Both the position numbers and the translations under genes were made by a program. This document shows, in pieces, positions 37,161-42,052 of a DNA stretch of 42,052 nucleotides (within the stretch, counting starts at the first letter, position 1; each line of letters opens with the position of its first letter). The stretch comes from Rickettsiales bacterium (GTDB lineage Bacteria > Margulisbacteria > Marinamargulisbacteria > GCA-2716485 > GCA-002719695): the NCBI GenBank assembly GCA_038120575.1, contig JAYOLY010000003.1, positions 4,988 through 47,039 on the forward strand, written 5' to 3'. The notes beneath the pieces are model-generated. The model made no database searches. It had not been told where the DNA came from and saw only the letters and a list, made by a program, of their open reading frames with translations.

Positions 37161-37938
37161 TATACATCACTTCTACGCCAACAGGACAATGATCTGACCC
37201 CATAACATCTTGCTGAATAAAAGCATCCACTAGACGATCTTTAAACGCATGATTTACAAACGTGTAATCGATTCTCCACCCAACATTACGGGATCGTGCT
37301 CGAGTACGATAATTCCACCACGAATATTGATCGGCTTCATTGTTAAATTGTCTAAATGTATCAACATAGCCAAACTCATCAATAATCTTATCCATCCACT
37401 CTCTTTCAACAGGTAAAAATCCAGATACGTTCTCATTAGCTTTTGGACGTGCCAAATCAATTTCTTTGTGTGCCGTGTTGTAATCTCCTAGAATTAACAC
37501 ATGCTTACCTTCATTAACTAAGGAATTAGTAAAATTAAAAAAAGCATCATAAAAATCCAGCTTATATTGCAACCGTTCATCTGACATTTGACCATTAGGA
37601 AAGTAGACACCAAAAACAATAAAATCGTTAAATTCTGCACCAATCACTCGTCCCTCTTTATCAAAACGCTCAATACCAAAACCTTTGAAAACCTGAATAG
37701 GTTTAATTTTGGTAAATAAAGCAACACTACTATATCCTTTTTTTTCAGCTGAAAACCATTCAGTATAATAGCCTTTAGGATGATCAAGTTCAGGAGGGAT
37801 ATCACATTCATGAGCCTTTGTTTCTTGAAGGAATAAAATATCCGGTTCTTTTTGATCTAAGTAGTCAAAAAAATTACCTTTGTTAAAACAAGCTCTAATA
37901 CCATTAACATTCCAAGACGCAATTGTAATGTGTTTCAT
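37153..37938 (-). CDS. xth: exodeoxyribonuclease III (AP endonuclease)
   Basis: Motifs SWNVNGIRA, LQETK, GDYNTAH, WRIDY and SDHCPV. Its stop overlaps the nth start by 8 nt. Confidence 0.95.
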   Translation of the reverse strand: MKHITIASWNVNGIRACFNKGNFFDYLDQKEPDILFLQETKAHECDIPPELDHPKGYYTEWFSAEKKGYSSVALFTKIKPIQVFKGFGIERFDKEGRVIGAEFNDFIVFGVYFPNGQMSDERLQYKLDFYDAFFNFTNSLVNEGKHVLILGDYNTAHKEIDLARPKANENVSGFLPVEREWMDKIIDEFGYVDTFRQFNNEADQYSWWNYRTRARSRNVGWRIDYTFVNHAFKDRLVDAFIQQDVMGSDHCPVGVEVMYNG

Positions 37939-38090
37939 ACTAATACAGTAATATTTTGCAAAAATTAATTCAACAAGAAAATTTAAAATTAAAAAAACAC
38001 TAAAAAAGCAACCTATTCTCTACACTTAAAAATGAGTTAAAACCTTTATTTTTTTTGAGTTTAAACTTATCATAAAGATAGGGAAAAAAA

Positions 38091-39629
38091 ATGACAAAAA
38101 AAATTAAAATCTTTGATACTACACTAAGAGATGGAGAGCAATCACCAGGGTGCTCAATGAATCCTGATGAAAAATTACAAATTGCATTTCAATTAGAACG
38201 TCTAGGTGTCGATATTATTGAAGCTGGGTTTGCAATAAGTTCTAAAGGAGATTTTAAATCCATTGAACAAATTGCCGAAAACATTAAAAACAGCAGAATT
38301 TGCAGTTTATGCCGAGCAATAAACAAAGATATTGATACAGCTGCAGAATCTATAAAAAAAGCAAAATTAAAACGAATTCATACGTTCATTGCAACGTCAC
38401 CAATTCATATGAAACACAAACTTAAAATGAATGAAGATCAGGTTTTACAACATGCAATTGAAGCCGTTAAATATGCAAAAAAACAAGTAGATGATATCGA
38501 ATTTTCATGTGAAGATGCTGGTCGCTCGAATAAAGAGTTTTTAGCCAAAGTATACAGTGAAGTCATCAAAGCTGGCGCTACTGTTATTAATGTTCCTGAT
38601 ACAGTTGGATATATGACCCCTGAAGAATTTGGTGATTTAATTAAATTTTTATCAAATAATGTTATTGGAATAGAAAATGTTGATATATCTGTTCATTGTC
38701 ATAACGATTTAGGATTTGCAACAGCCAACTCAATTGCAGGCGTTTTAAATGGTGCTAATCAAGTTGAGTGTACTGTAAACGGAATAGGTGAACGAGCTGG
38801 AAATACGGCCCTAGAGGAAGTTGTTATGGCATTAAAAACCCGTAATAATTTTTACAAGGCTGAAGCCACTAATATAAATACAACTGAAATTATCAAAACA
38901 TCTCGTCTTGTTAGTTCTATTACAGGATCTGTCGTTCAATCTAATAAAGCTATTGTAGGAGCTAACGCATTTGCTCACGAAGCAGGCATTCATCAAGATG
39001 GCATGCTAAAACATACAGAAACGTACGAAATCATGAAACCTGACATGATTGGATTAAACAAAACTCATCTCGTTTTAGGAAAACATTCTGGTAGACATGC
39101 GTTTAAAGAACGTATCAAATCGTTAGGTTATAATCTATCAGATTCTGATTTTGAATATGCATTTGAACGATTTAAAACGATATGTGATAAGAAAAAATCT
39201 ATCTTAGACGAAGATCTACACAGCATTGTTTCTGAAAAAAAACATAAAGAATACGATACATATACACTTGAATACTTTAGTGTAAATAGTAACAGTCAAG
39301 ACAAACCAAAAGCTACAGTAAAACTTAAAAAAGAAAATCAAGTTATTACAAAATCTGAAGAAGGATTTGGTTCGGTAGATGCTCTTTACAAAACAATTGA
39401 TTCAATAATAGACAAAAATTTTGAATTGGTTGACTACATTATTCAAGCAGTAACTGAAGGTACAGATGCACTTGGAGAAGTAGTTGTTAGAATTAAAGTT
39501 AACAACCAAATATATACAGGACGAGGCTCTTCAACTGATGTTTTAAATGCTTCAGCAAAAGCATATATAAGCGCTATTAATAAAATGATTTATGGAGAAA
39601 ATCAATCTCACGACAAACCAAGTTTATAG
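38091..39629 (+). CDS. leuA: 2-isopropylmalate synthase
   Basis: Motifs IFDTTLRDGEQSPG, HCHNDLGFATAN, VNGIGERAGN and HESGIHQDG-like (HEAGIHQDG). The C-terminal LeuA regulatory domain is present (512 aa). Confidence 0.95.
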   Translation: MTKKIKIFDTTLRDGEQSPGCSMNPDEKLQIAFQLERLGVDIIEAGFAISSKGDFKSIEQIAENIKNSRICSLCRAINKDIDTAAESIKKAKLKRIHTFIATSPIHMKHKLKMNEDQVLQHAIEAVKYAKKQVDDIEFSCEDAGRSNKEFLAKVYSEVIKAGATVINVPDTVGYMTPEEFGDLIKFLSNNVIGIENVDISVHCHNDLGFATANSIAGVLNGANQVECTVNGIGERAGNTALEEVVMALKTRNNFYKAEATNINTTEIIKTSRLVSSITGSVVQSNKAIVGANAFAHEAGIHQDGMLKHTETYEIMKPDMIGLNKTHLVLGKHSGRHAFKERIKSLGYNLSDSDFEYAFERFKTICDKKKSILDEDLHSIVSEKKHKEYDTYTLEYFSVNSNSQDKPKATVKLKKENQVITKSEEGFGSVDALYKTIDSIIDKNFELVDYIIQAVTEGTDALGEVVVRIKVNNQIYTGRGSSTDVLNASAKAYISAINKMIYGENQSHDKPSL

Positions 39630-39644
39630 ATTAGGATATCAATA

Positions 39645-40007
39645 TTGAAAGATAACTTTGAAACAAACAAACAAAAAATTATTGATGAATTTTTCAAATT
39701 ATTAAAGAATGAAATTGAAATTGTTTTCACCAATAAACACAACTCTAAATCTCGATTAAGTAAAAATCAGCATTATTTCTTTTTATCAATAAAAAAAAAT
39801 CAAATTGAATATATCAAAGACAAAGATTTTTACAAAAACAAAATGAAATATATTGCCGATACTGATACATTGCTTTATCGAAATTTACCAATTGATGATG
39901 ATGGAAAAAAATATTTTTTTTCTACTTTATTTAAAATTTTAAAAGAGATAAAAAAGAATAATCTTTGGGAAATAAAAAATAAAAATACAGGAGTTAACAA
40001 TGTATAA
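39645..40007 (+). CDS. hypothetical protein (120 aa, K/N-rich) between leuA and leuB
   Basis: A TTG-start ORF with no recognised family. Its 3' end carries the AGGAG SD of leuB and overlaps the leuB start by 8 nt. Confidence 0.4.
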   Translation: MKDNFETNKQKIIDEFFKLLKNEIEIVFTNKHNSKSRLSKNQHYFFLSIKKNQIEYIKDKDFYKNKMKYIADTDTLLYRNLPIDDDGKKYFFSTLFKILKEIKKNNLWEIKNKNTGVNNV

Positions 40008-41100
40008 AATTGCAGTAATTAAAGGAGATGGAACAGGTCCAGAAGTAATAAATGAAGCATTAAAAGTGTTGCAATCAACCACATTTAATGCAGAATTTAC
40101 TACACTACCCTATGACGGGACACGTTACTTAAACGAGAACAAAACACTATCAGATCAAGAACTTGAAGATCTAAAGCAATATGACGCCATTTTATTAGGG
40201 GCAATAGGACATCCTGACGTTAAACCTGGAATATTAGAAAGAGACGTTTTATTAAAATTAAGATTTGGACTAGATCAATACATAAACTTAAGGCCTGTAA
40301 AACTATATCCCAATGTATATACTCCAATAAAAAACAAAGAACCCAAAGATATAGATTACGTTGTTGTAAGAGAAAATACAGGAGGACTTTACACAGGAAT
40401 TGGAGAATTCAAAAATAAATTTGAAGATAATGAAGTGGCTATTCAATCTATGGTCTATTCTAAAGAACAAATTAAACGATGTGTTATATATGCTTTTGAA
40501 ACTGTTTTAAAACGACATAAAAAAACACCTTGGAGAGGGTTATCAGAATCTGAAAAAAACAAAGGGTATATTGGAAAGCTAACCCTATGTGGCAAAACAA
40601 ACGTTTTAACTTATACTTTTGATTTATGGCAACGTGTATTTGATGAAGTCGCAAAAAGTTATCCAACTGTACTAACAAATTATGTTCATGTTGATGCAAC
40701 ATGTATCTATATGGTTGAATCGCCCGAACAGTTTGATGTCATTGTCACTAGCAATATGTTTGGAGACATCATCACGGATCTAGCTGCTGTTACTCAAGGT
40801 GGAATGGGGGTAGCTGCAAGTGGAAATATAAATCCAAACAGCGTCTCTATGTTTGAACCTATAGGAGGAACAGCTCCAAACTTTACGGGCTTAAATCAAA
40901 TAAACCCAATGGCAGCAATTGGAGCTGCCCATATGATGCTGTCACATCTTGGAGAAGACTCAATTGCAGACAATATTGAATCAGCTAAAATTAAAGTTAT
41001 TCAAAAAATGACATCCATGCAAGCTGCCAAAATGGGATTTTCCACAACAGAAATTGGAGATATGGTTGTAAACGAACTACATGCAATTAAAACAACATAA
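40000..41100 (+). CDS. leuB: 3-isopropylmalate dehydrogenase (short, actinobacterial-like type)
   Basis: Motifs IAVIKGDGTGPEV, ILLGAIGHPDVKPGILE, LRFGLDQYINLRP, VVVRENTGGLYTG and NMFGDIITDLAA. It lies downstream of leuA. Confidence 0.88.
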   Translation: MYKIAVIKGDGTGPEVINEALKVLQSTTFNAEFTTLPYDGTRYLNENKTLSDQELEDLKQYDAILLGAIGHPDVKPGILERDVLLKLRFGLDQYINLRPVKLYPNVYTPIKNKEPKDIDYVVVRENTGGLYTGIGEFKNKFEDNEVAIQSMVYSKEQIKRCVIYAFETVLKRHKKTPWRGLSESEKNKGYIGKLTLCGKTNVLTYTFDLWQRVFDEVAKSYPTVLTNYVHVDATCIYMVESPEQFDVIVTSNMFGDIITDLAAVTQGGMGVAASGNINPNSVSMFEPIGGTAPNFTGLNQINPMAAIGAAHMMLSHLGEDSIADNIESAKIKVIQKMTSMQAAKMGFSTTEIGDMVVNELHAIKTT

Positions 41101-41665
41101 CATCAAAGATCAAAAGAAAACTGTTCGAAAAACGTTACTTCAAAAACGGTCTAACTTAAGTCTCTCAGACATAACACTATCTAGCAAAGAGATTTGTTTA
41201 AAATGTATTGATATAATTAAAACATTGTCTCCAGATGTAATTGTAGGATACAAATCCATAAAAAATGAAGTCAATCTAGACGATATCTATCATTGGGTTT
41301 TAGATCAAAACATATCTTTATATTTTCCAAAGAAAAATAAAACCACCTACCACTTTATTCAAGTAAAAAATCTAAACGACTTTATTACAGGACCATTTAA
41401 CATCGAAGAACCAAAAAGTAATTTACCAAAACTGGATCACAAAACAAATAAAAAAATATGCTGGCTTATTCCAGGAGTTGGCTTTGATTATAAAGGAAAT
41501 AGATTAGGATATGGTAAAGGAATCTATGATAAAACATTATCCATATTTCCAGGCATAAAAATAGGCATTGGATTCGATTTTCAATATATCAAACACCTTT
41601 CAACTGAAGAACACGACATAAAAATGGATATAATGATTACAGAGAAAATTATTTCAAACGTTTAA
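41081..41665 (+). CDS. 5-formyltetrahydrofolate cyclo-ligase
   Basis: An N-terminal K..lRK.LL.KR pattern, PGVGFDYKGNRLGYGKGIYDK (G-x-G-x-G-Y-Y-D type motif) and a distal DIKMD. It overlaps the leuB 3' end by 20 nt. Confidence 0.82.
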   Translation: MQLKQHNIKDQKKTVRKTLLQKRSNLSLSDITLSSKEICLKCIDIIKTLSPDVIVGYKSIKNEVNLDDIYHWVLDQNISLYFPKKNKTTYHFIQVKNLNDFITGPFNIEEPKSNLPKLDHKTNKKICWLIPGVGFDYKGNRLGYGKGIYDKTLSIFPGIKIGIGFDFQYIKHLSTEEHDIKMDIMITEKIISNV

Positions 41666-41674
41666 ATTTCGATA

Positions 41675-42043
41675 TCAATGAGAACAACACTTCAAATTTC
41701 GATGGTTAAAATAATACGATCCAACCACAAAAAAAGAACCAATAAAAAATAAAATCCATTCAAATTCATGCATATCAAAAAAATCTAAACCAAGATGAGA
41801 GATCCAAAACATAATGCCAATAATAAAAAGTATACAAACATGACGTCGTTTATGCTGACAAAAGCCTTTATAAATAATAATTGAACCAATAATAATTGAT
41901 GAAAATAAAATTAAAAGCTCTATCCAAACATTTTCAAAAAAAGACCCCATAAATGGAACGAAAATGACAATTGCTGGAGCTAAAAGACAATGTACAGCAC
42001 AAGCAAGAGACAACATCTCTAAAATATAATTTCGTTTATTCAA
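41675..42043 (-). CDS. MerC-domain-like small membrane protein
   Basis: Four hydrophobic helices, Cys in the first helix (LACAVHCLLAP) and a C-terminal KCCSH. The family call is tentative. Confidence 0.55.
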   Translation of the reverse strand: MNKRNYILEMLSLACAVHCLLAPAIVIFVPFMGSFFENVWIELLILFSSIIIGSIIIYKGFCQHKRRHVCILFIIGIMFWISHLGLDFFDMHEFEWILFFIGSFFVVGSYYFNHRNLKCCSH

Positions 42044-42052
42044 TTAAAACTC

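Noticed and set aside
37939-38090. A leucine leader peptide/attenuator or T-box upstream of leuA.
   Set aside because: There is no short ORF with consecutive Leu codons, no terminator/antiterminator hairpins and no T-box sequence in the 150-nt leader.
146-40702. Short ORFs (60-131 aa) nested in or antisense to larger genes. They are at 146..331, 536..748, 11340..11528, 11804..12199, 12061..12264, 12101..12286, 12266..12571, 13710..13907, 15986..16210, 22992..23255, 24042..24224, 26505..26726, 26547..26747, 26973..27191, 29619..29819, 30521..30712, 30923..31111, 31631..31864, 33646..33858, 33689..33937, 34329..34529, 35120..35323, 35993..36274, 37254..37460 and 40484..40702.
   Set aside because: Each lies entirely or almost entirely within a gene with strong family motifs in another frame or on the other strand. 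Their products are low-complexity (F/L/I/C-rich) and no SD or family signature is visible. They are most likely chance ORFs.
1-42052. CRISPR arrays, tandem repeats, IS or MITE inverted repeats, and rRNA or other structured RNA genes.
   Set aside because: Scanning the spacers by eye showed no regularly spaced direct repeats, no terminal inverted repeats flanking any gene and no conserved rRNA, tmRNA or RNase P blocks. Only one tRNA was found. A covariance-model scan would be needed to exclude small ncRNAs.

Overview
A strongly AT-rich, densely packed bacterial chromosomal segment of 42 kb with about 47 protein genes and one tRNA. Nearly all of it is housekeeping. In order: purD (5' partial), fabD, trmB, a secreted alpha/beta hydrolase, yajQ, a NodB-type deacetylase, pepF, a hypothetical plus spore-photoproduct-lyase-like radical SAM pair, class Ia ribonucleotide reductase nrdA/nrdB, the pterin genes folB/queD/folE with bcp, pdxJ, a very short mfd, comF, rpe, a DUF45 hydrolase, ilvA, an MhpD-like hydratase, an acyl-CoA ligase, an M29 aminopeptidase, an RI-type leucine-rich-repeat protein, tRNA-Glu(UUC), mpg, a VIT1 transporter, yceI, pyrF with a degenerate pyrE-like gene, ptrB, pyrB, rplY, nth, xth, leuA, leuB, 5-formyl-THF cyclo-ligase and a MerC-like membrane protein. 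I see no rRNA, CRISPR array, transposase, integrase, phage gene or recognisable defence, toxin-antitoxin or restriction gene. The standard genetic code fits: TGG encodes Trp, and TAA, TAG and TGA all terminate ORFs. The gene content (pdxJ, yajQ, yceI, mfd) suggests a low-GC Gram-negative lineage, but I cannot assign taxonomy from this window. I did not find a convincing novel multi-gene system. The most unusual loci are: (1) an uncharacterised protein with a by-eye degenerate ParB-like layout, tightly coupled to an SPL-like radical SAM gene; (2) nrdA, whose conserved ATP-cone is cut by two in-frame TAA codons downstream of the only good SD/ATG; (3) a truncated OPRT-like ORF with a degenerate PRPP loop, translationally coupled to pyrF; (4) a complete NodB deacetylase frame with no canonical start, lying in frame directly after the pepF TAG stop; (5) a minimal 705-aa Mfd. 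All family calls are by-eye motif recognition and need HMM or BLAST confirmation.
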